Origin: a virus
DNA: 64,000 nucleotides
IMG/VR virus record: IMGVR_UViG_3300017917_004266
Location: 1 to 64,000 of that record
Strand: one strand, 5' to 3'
Shown here: positions 17,359 through 29,800 of the stretch, piece by piece
Layout of the letters: each line of letters begins with the position of its first letter
Numbering within the stretch: position 1 is the first letter of the stretch
Notes under the pieces: generated by a model
What the model was told of the DNA's origin: nothing
What the model saw: the letters and a program-made list of their open reading frames with translations, nothing else
The model's database searches: none
Program-made: the position numbers and the translations under genes

Positions 17359-18341
17359 TTAATATTGCAGATAGAAAATTAAAACTCATATTTTTTGAAA
17401 TTTGTAATCGTTATTCGAAAATATTAGATAAAGATGGCCCTATTTATGTAAAACATTATGGGGAATTTGACTCTGGTGAATTTGAAGAATATTTTTTCGA
17501 ATATTATGATAAAGCAAGAAAAAATGGTTTGCCAACATATGCTGAAAAAGAAAAATTATTAATATCAGAAAATTATTGGACAGAGGAGCAGGAAAAAGAA
17601 TTAAAATATAAAACAGAAAAACTAGAAAAATTAGAGAAAATTCATAGTGGTTTATTTTTAAAATCTCATATTGATAAATCAAAAAAAGAAATTAAAGACC
17701 TTAAAAAGGAAGTCTTAAATCTTTCTAATGATAAAAAAGAACTAATTGGAATATATGCCGAATCTTATGCACAAAATAAAGTTGATTTTATTTATATTTT
17801 AAATTCATTTTATAAAGATAAAAATCTTAAAGTTAAATTATTAGATATAGAAAATTATGATATTGATGAAAATATATATTATAAATATATATTATTACAT
17901 AACAAAGCTTTAGAAAAGTTTAATATAGATAATATTAAACATTTATCTTTATCTGAACCTTTTCAAAATATGATTAATGGATCTGATGCAAATTGCTATT
18001 ATTTATTTAATAAACCAATTTGTAATTTAAGTTATTATCAAATGAGTATATTTAGCTATGGTAAGTTTTTTCATACTGTTTTAGGATTACCAGAAGCTAA
18101 AAAATTAGATTCTGAAACAAAGAAGAATCCAGATAAATTAATAGAATGGTATAATGCTTTTATTAACTTTAAAAATAAAAATCCAAATTCTAGTGGAAAA
18201 GGTATGAATTTTGTTATGGGCGCAAATAAAGAAGATATGGAATATTTAAAACAAGAAACAAAAAGTGATGTTAATGAAATGGCTAAAGCAAAAGGAGGAG
18301 CTTTGGGTATAGCAGATTTAGCAAAATTATCAAAAATATAA
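17355..18341 (+). CDS. Putative second tail assembly chaperone
   Basis: TTG start overlapping the upstream TGA; directly before the TMP. Confidence 0.45.
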   Translation: MINIADRKLKLIFFEICNRYSKILDKDGPIYVKHYGEFDSGEFEEYFFEYYDKARKNGLPTYAEKEKLLISENYWTEEQEKELKYKTEKLEKLEKIHSGLFLKSHIDKSKKEIKDLKKEVLNLSNDKKELIGIYAESYAQNKVDFIYILNSFYKDKNLKVKLLDIENYDIDENIYYKYILLHNKALEKFNIDNIKHLSLSEPFQNMINGSDANCYYLFNKPICNLSYYQMSIFSYGKFFHTVLGLPEAKKLDSETKKNPDKLIEWYNAFINFKNKNPNSSGKGMNFVMGANKEDMEYLKQETKSDVNEMAKAKGGALGIADLAKLSKI

Positions 18342-18349
18342 GTGTAATA
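18341..18349 (+). promoter_or_regulatory. Putative late promoter motif AGTGTAATA
   Basis: Upstream of the TMP. Confidence 0.6.
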
Positions 18350-18373
18350 ATATCATAGGAAAAGGTTAAAGGA

Positions 18374-21300
18374 ATGAGTGATATTATTTTATCAGTAGAT
18401 GGAGATTTAAAACCATTAGAGTCTAAACTTAATAAAATTTCTTCTAGAAATATAAGTTTAAATCTAAAAGATAGTTTATCTCAACCATTAGGCAGAATTA
18501 CTGGTAAAGTATCTGAATTTGAAAAATCATTAGAAGCATCTAATGCGCGAGTTTTAGCATTCGGAGCATCAGCTGGAAGCGTATATGCAGTTCAAAGAGC
18601 TTTTTCTGAAATAGTAAAATCAACAATTGAAGTAGAAAAAAGTCTTACAGATATTAATGTAGTTTTAAATGCCTCGACAAAAGATCTTGGAAAATTCGGA
18701 AAAGAATTATTTAGCATTGCTAAAAATACAGGCCAAGGATTTGATGAAGTAGCTAAAGCAGCAACAGAATTTGCTCGTCAAGGTCTTGGTATTGAAGAAA
18801 CCTTAAAAAGAACAAATGACGCTTTAATATTAAGTCGTCTTTCTGGTTTAGATGCGGCAAGAAGTGTAGAAACATTAACTGCAGCAGTAAATTCATTTGC
18901 TAGAGCTGGATTAACTTCTAGCCAAATTATTAATAAATTAGCAAATGTTGATGCAGCTTTTGCAGTTAGTACTGGAGATCTTGCAGAAGCCATTAGTCGA
19001 GTTGGCAGTACAGCTCAAGATGTTGGAGTTGATTTTGATCAATTAATAGCAATCGTTACAGCAGCTCAACAAACTACAGCGAGAGGTGGTGCTGTAATTG
19101 GTAACTCATTTAAAACAATTTTTACACGTTTACAAAGAACAGATACTTTAGATGAATTAGAAGCTGTAGGAATTGCTGTTAGAGATTTACAAGGTAATAC
19201 TTTACCTGCAATACAAATTTTAAAAAATCTTTCAGATGTATTTTATCAATTAAATGATGCTCAAAGAGCTTCTGTAGCAGAAACAGTTGGTGGCGTATTT
19301 CAAATTAATATTTTAAGAGCAGCTCTATCTGATTTAACTAAACAATATAGTGTATATGATTCAGCTTTAAGTACGGCTAGAAGTTCTACAGATCAAGCAA
19401 TCCAAAGAAATCAAGCTCTAAATCAAACATTATCAGCTTTAACAAATAAAACTTTTGTAAATTTGAAAGAAGCCGCAGCAAAAATTGGAGAAATAACACT
19501 CGCTCCAACTATTAAAACTGGTTTAGGTGGAATAAATGCAATATTAGGAGAATTTAATAAACCAGAAGAAGCTCAGGGAATTGGAACTAAAATCGCTACT
19601 GGGCTTCTTAAAGGAATAGGAAGTTATATTAGTGGACCAGGTCTTGCTATTATTGGCGCAGCATTTATTAAAATTTTTGGTGGATTAACAAAATTTAGCG
19701 CAGAAGCTTTAAAGAGTTTAATTGGAATTGGAACTCAAGCTGATAAAATTGCAGCTGCACAAGAAAGAGTCAATGCAATTATTGCTCAAAATCCAGCACT
19801 TATACAAGCTGTAATTTCTAAAGAGACATCATTACTTCAAGTTGAAAATCAAATTTTAAAAATTATAGAACAACAAAATGCCGCAAGAGCAGTTGGAGCA
19901 ACTATATCTGCTAGAGTTGCGCCTTTAGCAGCTAATGTTCCAACACCAAAAATTAAAACAAAGTTTGGTGGTTACATACCAAATTTTGTATCTCCAACAA
20001 TGCAAGAAAAAATGGGAGCATATGCTGGTGGTTATACTCCTGGTTCAGTTAAAAAAATGGGAGATATGTATTATAATACAGCAGAAAGTATCGCACAATT
20101 TCCAGGAGCAGATGGTCCAGCTATTATGCCACCACAAAATAGTCTCGCTGGAGAAAACTATAGAAATGCATTTAAAAAACAAGTAGGTTTTGATCCATAT
20201 GCTTATCGCGGATATGTTCCTAATTTTGCAGATAAAGAAAGAAAAAAATATACAAAAATTGTTGATACAGGAAGACAAAATAAAGTTGGAATGATTTTTC
20301 CATATAAAACTAATAAAGCTGTAGACGCTTTTGGTTATGCTAAATATGGAGATTATAAAATTAAAATAGGATTTCCAATGTCTGGATATAATCCAGCAAA
20401 TATTAAAAAACCAGCAGACGTAGATTTGATAAAACAACTTGGAGATAAAATCGTAACATTTACAAATGATTTTGCTAAAAAATTATTTCAGGGCGGTGGA
20501 CAAATGCCACAAATTACAAATATTAGTCAATTATCGAATGCTGGATCATTTGGTAGTATTGCTGGGGCAATATTTGAATCTGCTGTAGGTCTTGCCACAA
20601 GTAACCTTAATGAAGGTAGAGATCAAAATGCTCCAATAGATTTTGCTGCACCAAATGATAAGTTAAGAGCATTATTTAATAATTTATCAGCTAGCGCATT
20701 TGAAGCAAAAGTAAATCCAAGACCAGATCAAAGAGATAGTGTAGCCCAAAAAATATTAAATTTAGGATATGTAGGAGGAAAAACAAAAGAAATCCTAGGA
20801 GAAAGTTATGCTAAAGATTTAAAAGATAGACAATTAAAAGAAAAAGAACTTGCTGCAAGAAAAGCTGCAGAACAAGGAATACAACTAGGAAGAGGACAAA
20901 AAATAAGTTCAGCAAAAAGAACTAAATCTTTTGGTTATATACCAAATTTTGCTGCATTACAAGACGCCATCATCCGCGAACAAGCTGCTGGAGTTAATCC
21001 TAATTTAATTCGAGTTGGAACAAGCTCTAGTTTAGTTTCAAGAGATAATCCATTTGGACTTGGAGTATATAATACAAAAGATGAACCAGGTGGATTACAG
21101 CAAGGAATAAATCGTTATAGTGGAGTAATACCAAATTTTGCTGGTGGAAATAAAATTACAGATGTAACATCTATGGTTGAGTCTGCAAAAAAAGCATCAG
21201 AAGCATTAAATAAAACAGCAAATTCTAGCAAAAATTTATCCGATAAAGTAAACGATAATCAAGGTAAACTTGTCGCACTTGGAGTTGGTTTATCTCTTTT

Positions 21301-23581
21301 GCAAGGCCAATTAAGTCAATTTGGTGATGCTAATAATAAATTTATTCAAGGTTTAAATCAAATGACTTCAGCGGCTGCAACGGTTTCAACAGCATTTGGA
21401 ACTTTCGGTGGTGGAAAAAAAGGATTAGCAGCGGCTGGAGGTATGTTAGCAATACAAGGAGTAGCTGGATTGTCTGGAAATGCAGATAAAACATTTAATA
21501 CTCAAATGCAAAATTTAAGTAAAGCTATGGAAACTTCAAAAGAAAGTTCTTCAAAACTTGAAGCAGTAATCAGCGGATTAACTCCAACTTTAAATGATTA
21601 TGCAAATGAATTAGAAAAAACAGATCCAGATCCAGAAGCAATTGCTAAATTTAAAAAATCTATTTTAACAGGAATATCTGATTTAGCACCAGAATTACAA
21701 GATCAAATTAGAGAAAAATTAGGATCTGCGAAAGATATTATGGGTACTTTATCTACAGAACAACGCAAAGGAGCATTAACTCAATCACAAATTGGATTAC
21801 AACAATTAGTGGGATCAGAACAAGGACAAGCTAGAGCAAATATGGGTATAAAAGGTCAATTTGGTAAAATATTAGCTGGAACAGGAATACCAGGATTAGC
21901 TAACTTTGGTCAAGGATTAATGAATAAAGAAATGAAACCAACATTTCAAAATAAAGAATCTATTTCAGCGGCCGCAGGAGCTGCTCTTTTACCAGTATCT
22001 CAAAGTTCTGAAGATTTACTTAAAGTTGCAGATGCGCTTGCAGCAAATTCAACGTCTGCGGAAGGTACATTTCAAGCATTAGAAGAATTATACAAAGCAT
22101 CAGGACAAAGCACAGAAGGTTTACTCGCATTGAAGGCTGAATTATCTAAAAATCCAGAAGCTACTAAAAAAGTTATTGAAGAAATGAAAAAGTTGACTCA
22201 AACCCAACTTCAAAATGCTGCCGCAGCTGGTAAAGCCGCTGTACCTGTAGCCCCAGGATATAGAGGCGCTGGAAAATTATATGGACCAGGAATGGTAGCA
22301 GAACAATACCAAGCACAGCCAATTGATGATTTAAATTCAACTCTAAGTAGACTTGCGATGATTAGTGGAAAAGGTCCAGCCGCAGATATGTTAAGAAATA
22401 AAATTGGTGGAAGAGCAGCTATACAACAAGCAGAAGCTGGTATGCCAGTTAGCGAACAATATAAAGAAATGGGAGCAAAATTCTATGCTGGAAGAATAAA
22501 AGAACAAGAAGCAAGATTAGCAGAACTTCAAGGTATGACAGGAGATGTTGAAGGACAGAAAAAAACGCAAGCAATTATAGATAAAACAAATTATGATAAA
22601 ATGGGCACACAAGTAATTAGTGAAAATATTGCTGAAGCTGGAAAAGATAAACCTCAAAGAGAAAAAATGGGAGAGAATGTTCCAGAATTAACTGCAGAAC
22701 AGAAAAAAACTCAAGAAGCAGCTGCTGCATCGGCAGAGGCTGCTAAAAATTTAGAAAATGCTTCAGCTATACAAAATACAAACTTATCTGTTCCAAATAT
22801 ACCACCTCAAACACCAGAATTAGATATGTTTAATACAGCACTTACTGCCGCAGGAGGATTAGCTGGTCCATTTTTAGGAACTCTTGGTGGAAATTTATTT
22901 GGAAAAGGAACATCTGCAGTTGGAAGAGGCGCTGGAACAGCAATTAATACAGTCGCTAGAGCAACTCCATTAATTGGGGGAGCATTAACAACATCATTGG
23001 GTTCAATGGGAGTTGCTGGATTAGCTGGCTCAACTGCACTTGCCGCAGGAGTAGGTTATGGAACTTATAAAGGCAGTGAAAAGCTTGGAGAATATTTTGA
23101 TCCTGGAGCAGAAAAACGTACTTCTATGCTAGAATCAATTCCTGGAGCTAAAAAAGGTCTTAGTTGGTGGTCTCAAAATGCACCCGAATTTTTAGGCGGA
23201 GGTGGAGCTAGTGCTCTTACTGAAGAAGAACAAAAAGCGCAAGATGAAGCTCTTAATAAACTAAAAAACAAAAAATTAACACAACAACAAGTTCAAAATG
23301 CTCCAAAAGTAGAAGCGCCAGCTGGACAAATTGAAGAAGCATCAAAAACAGCTGAAACAAAAAAACAAGAACAACCATCGCAAGTAAATAATAATATTTC
23401 TGTTGCTCCAAGTATTAATATAGCTCAACAAGCAGCTACAGATAAAGCAGAATTACAAAAGATGATTGAAGCAGAAGTAAAGAAATTTGGCGAAGCAATA
23501 GTTAAGATTGCAGAGAATAAGGCGAAAGCAAGGGAAAAGGGCGTTGTTAATCCACCTCAAAACTTGAATATAACAGCGTAA
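18374..23581 (+). CDS. Tape measure protein (TP901-family core)
   Basis: EVAKAATEFARQG...IINKLANVDAAFAVSTGDLAEAI...GGAVIGNSFKTIFTRL; 1735 aa, Ala/Gly/Gln-rich helical. Confidence 0.9.
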   Translation: MSDIILSVDGDLKPLESKLNKISSRNISLNLKDSLSQPLGRITGKVSEFEKSLEASNARVLAFGASAGSVYAVQRAFSEIVKSTIEVEKSLTDINVVLNASTKDLGKFGKELFSIAKNTGQGFDEVAKAATEFARQGLGIEETLKRTNDALILSRLSGLDAARSVETLTAAVNSFARAGLTSSQIINKLANVDAAFAVSTGDLAEAISRVGSTAQDVGVDFDQLIAIVTAAQQTTARGGAVIGNSFKTIFTRLQRTDTLDELEAVGIAVRDLQGNTLPAIQILKNLSDVFYQLNDAQRASVAETVGGVFQINILRAALSDLTKQYSVYDSALSTARSSTDQAIQRNQALNQTLSALTNKTFVNLKEAAAKIGEITLAPTIKTGLGGINAILGEFNKPEEAQGIGTKIATGLLKGIGSYISGPGLAIIGAAFIKIFGGLTKFSAEALKSLIGIGTQADKIAAAQERVNAIIAQNPALIQAVISKETSLLQVENQILKIIEQQNAARAVGATISARVAPLAANVPTPKIKTKFGGYIPNFVSPTMQEKMGAYAGGYTPGSVKKMGDMYYNTAESIAQFPGADGPAIMPPQNSLAGENYRNAFKKQVGFDPYAYRGYVPNFADKERKKYTKIVDTGRQNKVGMIFPYKTNKAVDAFGYAKYGDYKIKIGFPMSGYNPANIKKPADVDLIKQLGDKIVTFTNDFAKKLFQGGGQMPQITNISQLSNAGSFGSIAGAIFESAVGLATSNLNEGRDQNAPIDFAAPNDKLRALFNNLSASAFEAKVNPRPDQRDSVAQKILNLGYVGGKTKEILGESYAKDLKDRQLKEKELAARKAAEQGIQLGRGQKISSAKRTKSFGYIPNFAALQDAIIREQAAGVNPNLIRVGTSSSLVSRDNPFGLGVYNTKDEPGGLQQGINRYSGVIPNFAGGNKITDVTSMVESAKKASEALNKTANSSKNLSDKVNDNQGKLVALGVGLSLLQGQLSQFGDANNKFIQGLNQMTSAAATVSTAFGTFGGGKKGLAAAGGMLAIQGVAGLSGNADKTFNTQMQNLSKAMETSKESSSKLEAVISGLTPTLNDYANELEKTDPDPEAIAKFKKSILTGISDLAPELQDQIREKLGSAKDIMGTLSTEQRKGALTQSQIGLQQLVGSEQGQARANMGIKGQFGKILAGTGIPGLANFGQGLMNKEMKPTFQNKESISAAAGAALLPVSQSSEDLLKVADALAANSTSAEGTFQALEELYKASGQSTEGLLALKAELSKNPEATKKVIEEMKKLTQTQLQNAAAAGKAAVPVAPGYRGAGKLYGPGMVAEQYQAQPIDDLNSTLSRLAMISGKGPAADMLRNKIGGRAAIQQAEAGMPVSEQYKEMGAKFYAGRIKEQEARLAELQGMTGDVEGQKKTQAIIDKTNYDKMGTQVISENIAEAGKDKPQREKMGENVPELTAEQKKTQEAAAASAEAAKNLENASAIQNTNLSVPNIPPQTPELDMFNTALTAAGGLAGPFLGTLGGNLFGKGTSAVGRGAGTAINTVARATPLIGGALTTSLGSMGVAGLAGSTALAAGVGYGTYKGSEKLGEYFDPGAEKRTSMLESIPGAKKGLSWWSQNAPEFLGGGGASALTEEEQKAQDEALNKLKNKKLTQQQVQNAPKVEAPAGQIEEASKTAETKKQEQPSQVNNNISVAPSINIAQQAATDKAELQKMIEAEVKKFGEAIVKIAENKAKAREKGVVNPPQNLNITA

Positions 23582-23587
23582 TAAAAT

Positions 23588-25267
23588 ATGGCAAATCCAA
23601 CATTTAACATATCTTTAAATTATCCAGAAGTTACTAGCGCCACAAAAAGAATAGAAAAAAGTCAATCTAATATTCTTTTAAAAATAGTTCAAGAAATAAC
23701 TGTAAAAGGAAAACTATTAGAATTAAACAACCAAAGTGGATATTCCCAAATTTGGGCACAAATTGACGCTATACAAGATAATAAAGAAGCAAAAAATTGT
23801 ACTCTTAATTTTGCTGGATTAATATCTTATTCTGGAGCAAAGATAACAGATATTAGTTTTGAAAATAGTGGAAATCAAGATGTTCAAACTAAAGATTTCT
23901 CAATTAGCTTTGAAATATATGAAGCAGTAAGTTCTTCATTATTAACTTCATATGGAGTTAGTTTATCAGATTTAAAAGATATTTCTGATATTAAAATATC
24001 TCAAGTTAAAGAAGAAAATTTAGAAGGAAAAACTTTAACGACTTCTATTGGTATAACTTTTGGAGAAAATGCTAATACTTACAATTTAGTTCGCGCGCAA
24101 TCAATTGCAAAAGTTATATTAAGTTCTACAAATCTTTTATCAGTAACAGCTTCAAGGACTACAGTTTCTAACGTATATGATGAAGCTAGTGGAACATATA
24201 ATTTTATTGAAATAAAAAATGAATTTAGAGGATCAAGCGCTGGATTTTCAGTTTTAAGATCAAATAATTATAATATACAAAATAATGGTTCGATAGTTGT
24301 TTCTGAAAATGGACAAATAAAAATCAATAAAAATAATGATTTTTCAATTACAGAATTATATAATAAAGCAATATCTGAAGCTGGAGGAGCTAAAATTAGA
24401 TGTCAGCAATTTATTGGAACATATTACACATTAAGTTATGGATCTTTACCAGCAGGATATAAAAATTCTTTTGAAGAATCATCAAAGCAAATTACAGTTG
24501 ATGAAGCTTCTGGAACAGCGCAATACAATGTTTCTATAACTAATGAACCAGAATATTTAGGGAATGTAAGAGTAGAGATAATAGATACAATTGAAGACTT
24601 AAAAAAAGAATCTTCAAAAAGAAAAATTATTAGAGGAACAATAACTGGCATAAAACTTCCACCAGATAAGGATATTAATCCTAGTATAAATAAAAAACTA
24701 GCAGCAGCAAAAAGTTATTTTGATAGCAATTATAAAGAATTATTTGCTCAAGCTAAAAACTTTGCTGTAATGTCTCCTAAGATAGGAAATTATAAAACAT
24801 ATATAACTAATGGAGATATAACTTATAATATAAGTGAAGGTAGTATAAATTTTAGTATAACATATGAAGATCGCCCAGAATATAACGTAAGTGATTCTAG
24901 TATAATTTTAGGTAAAGCGCAATTAACAAATCAATCTCCAGTTCATTTAGCCAATCAATTTATAGTTATAGGTGGAATTTCAAAAGGAGAAGAACTCATT
25001 CAATCAAGCACTCAATCTAGACCTGTTGAAATGGACTTAAGGGTAGAAGCTTTATTTAAAAGATCTTCAGATATAAAATCATATATTAATTCATTTAATA
25101 CTTTAATAAAAAATAACTATAGTGATGGAATAATAAAATCTATAAGTATATCAGCAAATTTAATTGCACGAACTTTTCAGGGTAGTGCTTCATGGTTAAA
25201 TTTTGGAGGTTATAGAGATAGATTTGATACTAGTTTAAGTGTAACGCCAAAATCAATAAGTTTATGA
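23588..25267 (+). CDS. Tail tip / distal tail protein
   Basis: Follows the TMP; repeated DEASGT-type beta modules. Confidence 0.5.
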   Translation: MANPTFNISLNYPEVTSATKRIEKSQSNILLKIVQEITVKGKLLELNNQSGYSQIWAQIDAIQDNKEAKNCTLNFAGLISYSGAKITDISFENSGNQDVQTKDFSISFEIYEAVSSSLLTSYGVSLSDLKDISDIKISQVKEENLEGKTLTTSIGITFGENANTYNLVRAQSIAKVILSSTNLLSVTASRTTVSNVYDEASGTYNFIEIKNEFRGSSAGFSVLRSNNYNIQNNGSIVVSENGQIKINKNNDFSITELYNKAISEAGGAKIRCQQFIGTYYTLSYGSLPAGYKNSFEESSKQITVDEASGTAQYNVSITNEPEYLGNVRVEIIDTIEDLKKESSKRKIIRGTITGIKLPPDKDINPSINKKLAAAKSYFDSNYKELFAQAKNFAVMSPKIGNYKTYITNGDITYNISEGSINFSITYEDRPEYNVSDSSIILGKAQLTNQSPVHLANQFIVIGGISKGEELIQSSTQSRPVEMDLRVEALFKRSSDIKSYINSFNTLIKNNYSDGIIKSISISANLIARTFQGSASWLNFGGYRDRFDTSLSVTPKSISL

Positions 25268-26811
25268 GTAATATATCCTTACCTTATTCCGCTTTAAGTC
25301 CATCACTATTAGAGGGATCATCTTTAAATAATAAAAAAATTACAGCTTTTGCTACAAAAAGAATAGAACCTATTTTTGATGGAGTAAAACATTATGCAAA
25401 TAAAGTTATATTTTCAATAGAAGGAGAATATTTACCACAGGGTATAGGAGGATCTATACCAGATAAATTATCCCCAATTGACATTAAAACATTTTTAGAT
25501 AGTTTTACAAGTTTAACAAATACAAATTGTACATTAACAAATATTAATTTACAAGAATCAAATTGGGTTGGACATGTACCATATACAGTTGATTGCGAAT
25601 GTTATGCTTTTGTAGATGATAATTTAAATAAAACAATTAGCGCTAAAAATGAAATAAATGTAAATGAAAATATTGATGGGACAATATCAATTGGTAGAAA
25701 TATAAATGTTAGTGCGGTATCTGTAAATAATTCTGATGCAGTTCAAAGTGCGAAAATATTTGCTCAATTATTAAGTGGCCAAACAACTAATTGGCAATTA
25801 AATTTTTCTTCAAGTAATAAATCTCAAACTTTTTCAAATATAATATTAAATAACTCTTCAGAAACTGCTGATATTTTTAATGGAACATATTCTATACAAC
25901 AAAATTTTACAGCTAATCTATTAACTAAAGATTTATCAAAAAAAGGTATAATAAAAAATTCAGCAGAAATTCAATCTGGTATAGATGGGATTGCTACAAT
26001 AAATATAAAATCTACTGTAATAGGTGGAATAAATACTACAGAAAATGATTTAAAAAATATTGGGAAAACAAATACTAACTTTTCTGTTCCAAGTAATTTT
26101 TCAGTATTGTCTAATACGAGTAGTTATGATGATATCAATAAAACCTTGGAAATAAATACAACTTATTCCAACGATAAAACAATTACATCTAATGGTAATA
26201 AAGTATCGAATAGTTTAAGTTTAAATTATGATTTTTTAAATCAAAATTTTACTGCAAATTTTAATTCTGAAGTAAAACCAGCAGTTATAGTCAAAAATGC
26301 ACCAAATGTAAAAGGTGATCTTTCTAAAAATATATCTTCTATTCTTAAAAGTTATGATCCAACTATTAGTTCTTTTATATTAGAATCATCTTCAGAGGGG
26401 ACAGGAATTGTAACTCAATTAGCAAATTATACAGAATCTTATATATCATCTCCAAGCATAATTGGTGGACAAAATGGTATAGAATTCTATGATATTTCAT
26501 TAAATGTTGATTATCAACCAGGATATCCACAAAATACATTTGCTCCAATATTAAGTGGAAGAGGTAAATATTACCTAGAGAATTTAGATCTTGTAAATAA
26601 TGGAACTTTGAATATTTCAGTAAATGGAAAATACAATTTTAATCCACCACAAAAAGCATTTTTTGAAAATATGATTGGAAGTGGTAATTTAGTAAATTTA
26701 GGAAAAACTTTAATATTAAAAGATGAGTTAGGTATTGATAAGAATGGCCGTTCATTTACATATACTCAAGAAAAAGTAGGAAATGATTTAGCATTTGGTA
26801 ATTTAACATGA
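25264..26811 (+). CDS. Tail tip protein, possible paralogue of 23588
   Basis: Similar beta-strand modules (NENIDGTISI, DIFNGTYSI). Confidence 0.45.
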   Translation: MSNISLPYSALSPSLLEGSSLNNKKITAFATKRIEPIFDGVKHYANKVIFSIEGEYLPQGIGGSIPDKLSPIDIKTFLDSFTSLTNTNCTLTNINLQESNWVGHVPYTVDCECYAFVDDNLNKTISAKNEINVNENIDGTISIGRNINVSAVSVNNSDAVQSAKIFAQLLSGQTTNWQLNFSSSNKSQTFSNIILNNSSETADIFNGTYSIQQNFTANLLTKDLSKKGIIKNSAEIQSGIDGIATINIKSTVIGGINTTENDLKNIGKTNTNFSVPSNFSVLSNTSSYDDINKTLEINTTYSNDKTITSNGNKVSNSLSLNYDFLNQNFTANFNSEVKPAVIVKNAPNVKGDLSKNISSILKSYDPTISSFILESSSEGTGIVTQLANYTESYISSPSIIGGQNGIEFYDISLNVDYQPGYPQNTFAPILSGRGKYYLENLDLVNNGTLNISVNGKYNFNPPQKAFFENMIGSGNLVNLGKTLILKDELGIDKNGRSFTYTQEKVGNDLAFGNLT

Positions 26812-29800
26812 AGAACGATACAAAATATTTTTTAAATGAATTAAGTGTAAGAACTGGAAATTATATTCTACATTATTTCTTTGATCCACTTAATTTTAGT
26901 GGTAATAATTATATTTATAATAATAGTCCATATGTAAATTATACTGGATTTTATAGTGGGCAAAATTTAATAAATAATTTAAATTCTAAAACTGGTTATC
27001 TTTATTTTAGTGGAAATAGTAGAATAGATATATCTTTAAAAGATTTTAATACAGAACAATTTACTTTTATTTATTCTTATGAAAAAACTAATAATAGTCC
27101 TTGCGTTTTATTTTCTAATTTAAATACTGGTTCTAATGGCAAATACTATGGTTTTAATGTTTGCGTAAGTAATTATAATAATATTTTAATAGAATATTAT
27201 GATCCTAACAATGAATTAAAGTATTTAACTACAAATTATAATTTAGATACTAAAGGAATATTTTCTATTAGAGGATATGCAAATAATATATTTATTAGTT
27301 ATTACAATGCAGCATATGATGATTTTTATACAGAAACATTCCAAATTGATAATAATTCAATACCAAATGTAACTGGATCTATAGTTTTGGGTAGTGGTAA
27401 ATTTTCTAATTTTCCAAACTATAGTGGATATTTAAAAGACTTTATATTAATAGATCAAAATATAACAGATTTCCAATTAAATAATGTTATTAATCAGTTT
27501 GTTTATAATTTAGATCATTATTATACATTTTCTTTTGCTAATCAAGCTTATGAATATACAAATTATCCAGATAATATAACTCATATTTTTAATAGTTATT
27601 CTGGTATAACAGGATGTTTCAGTAACCAATTCTTAGATCAAACTGGAGTTATTTCTGGAAGCATAACTGGAAGTAATTATAGTTTAGATCTTACTGGAAA
27701 TAGTGGAGTTTCTACTCAATTAGATACTTCTAAATTTTTATCATTAAAAAATAAAATTAAAAAAACACAAATATTTCACGTTGGTCAAATTTTTTCTAAA
27801 ACATCAATAGTTTTATTAAATGATGGTACAATAACTGGTTGGGGATATAATAATTTTGGTCAATTATATGGAGCTCAGTCTTATGTTGGAGATTGGACAG
27901 GTTCACCAGTTGGACAATTAACTGACATTGAAGATATTGCATGTAAAAATTATAGTTGTTTAGCTTTAAAAAATGATGGAACTGTTACTGGTTGGGGTTT
28001 GAATTATCAGGGTGCAATTTATGGAACAACCGAATATAATTATCCATTTTCTGATATTTTTACTGGAAATTATAATGATACTCCACTTGGTCAATTAACA
28101 GATATTAATCAAATTGATTTAGGTTTATATTTTTCTGTTTTTCTTAAAAATGATGGAACAATTATTAGTTGGGGAGATAATACTTATGGACAAGTAGCAG
28201 GAATTAATGATAGATTTTTAGGGTATCCTCTTAAAATAAATATAACTGGCATATATCAAGATTATATATATTTATCTGGTTTAACTTTAGACTATACAGG
28301 ACAATTTAATTCGAAACCTGCTTATAAATATATCAATGATTTTGAAAATTTTGGTCTTTCCCTTTATAACAATACAACTGGCTGGATATTAGACTATAGT
28401 GGTTTATCTGATATTATTAATCTAACTGGAAATACATATGCACCACCAATAATTGATAATTTAAATATTCCATATCAAATAGTCGTTGAGAATAGTATAG
28501 ATACAGGAATTAATGTTTTATATACTTATAATTCTACTTCTGGATATATTAATAATACAAATAATTGGAGAATATTTAGAAGTGGAACTAATTGGATTGC
28601 TTATTCTGGAATTACTGGATATCAAAATACTGGAGGAAACGCTTCGGTATTACCATTAACTAATTGGTCTGGTGTTGAAGAAAATGAATTTTATGGCGAT
28701 ATTACAATAAAACCTAAATATGTTCAATTAGATTATGTATATAATAGTGATCTTAATAATAAATATACTGGTATTTTTGAAGAAACTATAGTCGCGCAAT
28801 TAACGGGAATCAAAAAAATATCAGTAGGAAATACTCATGTTTATGCACTAAAAAATGACGGAACTATTACTGGTTGGGGAAATAATCAATTTTATCAAAT
28901 TGATCCTTATAATATATCTACAATATGGAGCGGAAATTGGAATAATAATAAATTAAATTTACTAACTGGAGTATCTGATATAGAAGCTGGTTTGACTGCT
29001 GGACTAGTATTATTTAATGATAGTACAATAAGTGGTTGGGGAAATACTGGAGCTTATTCAAATAGTGGAAATTATTTAACTGGAGTAAAACAAATAGGAG
29101 CAGGTGGAAACTTTTTAAATGCTTTATTGCAAAATGAAGTATTAACAGGCTGGGGGATAACTACAGGATTTTATCCAAAAATTGCTAGTGGAGTCAAGCA
29201 ATATAATAGTTCTCAATTTGGAACATATTATGAATATATAACTGGTCAAGAAATCAAAAATCTAGTCTCTGGTAACGCGCATTTTATATACAACATAGAA
29301 GTAGAAAGACCAACTATAATAACAGAAATAACTACTGTTATCGTAAGCCAAATCTCTGGCTTTGAGAATCAAGTGCTATTTTCTGGAGTAACTGGATATA
29401 ATACTGGATGGTATAAAAATATTCCTCAATTTTGCGGGACAGGATTTCCAATGCATCTTGTATCTGGAATTATAGGAGTTATAACTGGAAATGTATTAAC
29501 TGGAATAGATATAACTACTTCATCATCTAGTTCTCAAAAAATAGTTTTAAATAATGAAACTTATCAAACTGGATTTTCTTCTGGAATTTATGATGCATCA
29601 AAGACTGGAAATTATATTTATGAATTTTCTTATATAAACAACGGATCTCAAGTTAATCTTTTTGATATCATTTATCTTGATTCTGGATTTTATAGTTCTC
29701 AATCAAAAAATATTTTTAATCGAGCCAATGGATATATTGCAAATAAAACTACCAATTTAAATTATACAAAAAATTATACTTTGCAAAAAAATCTAGATTA

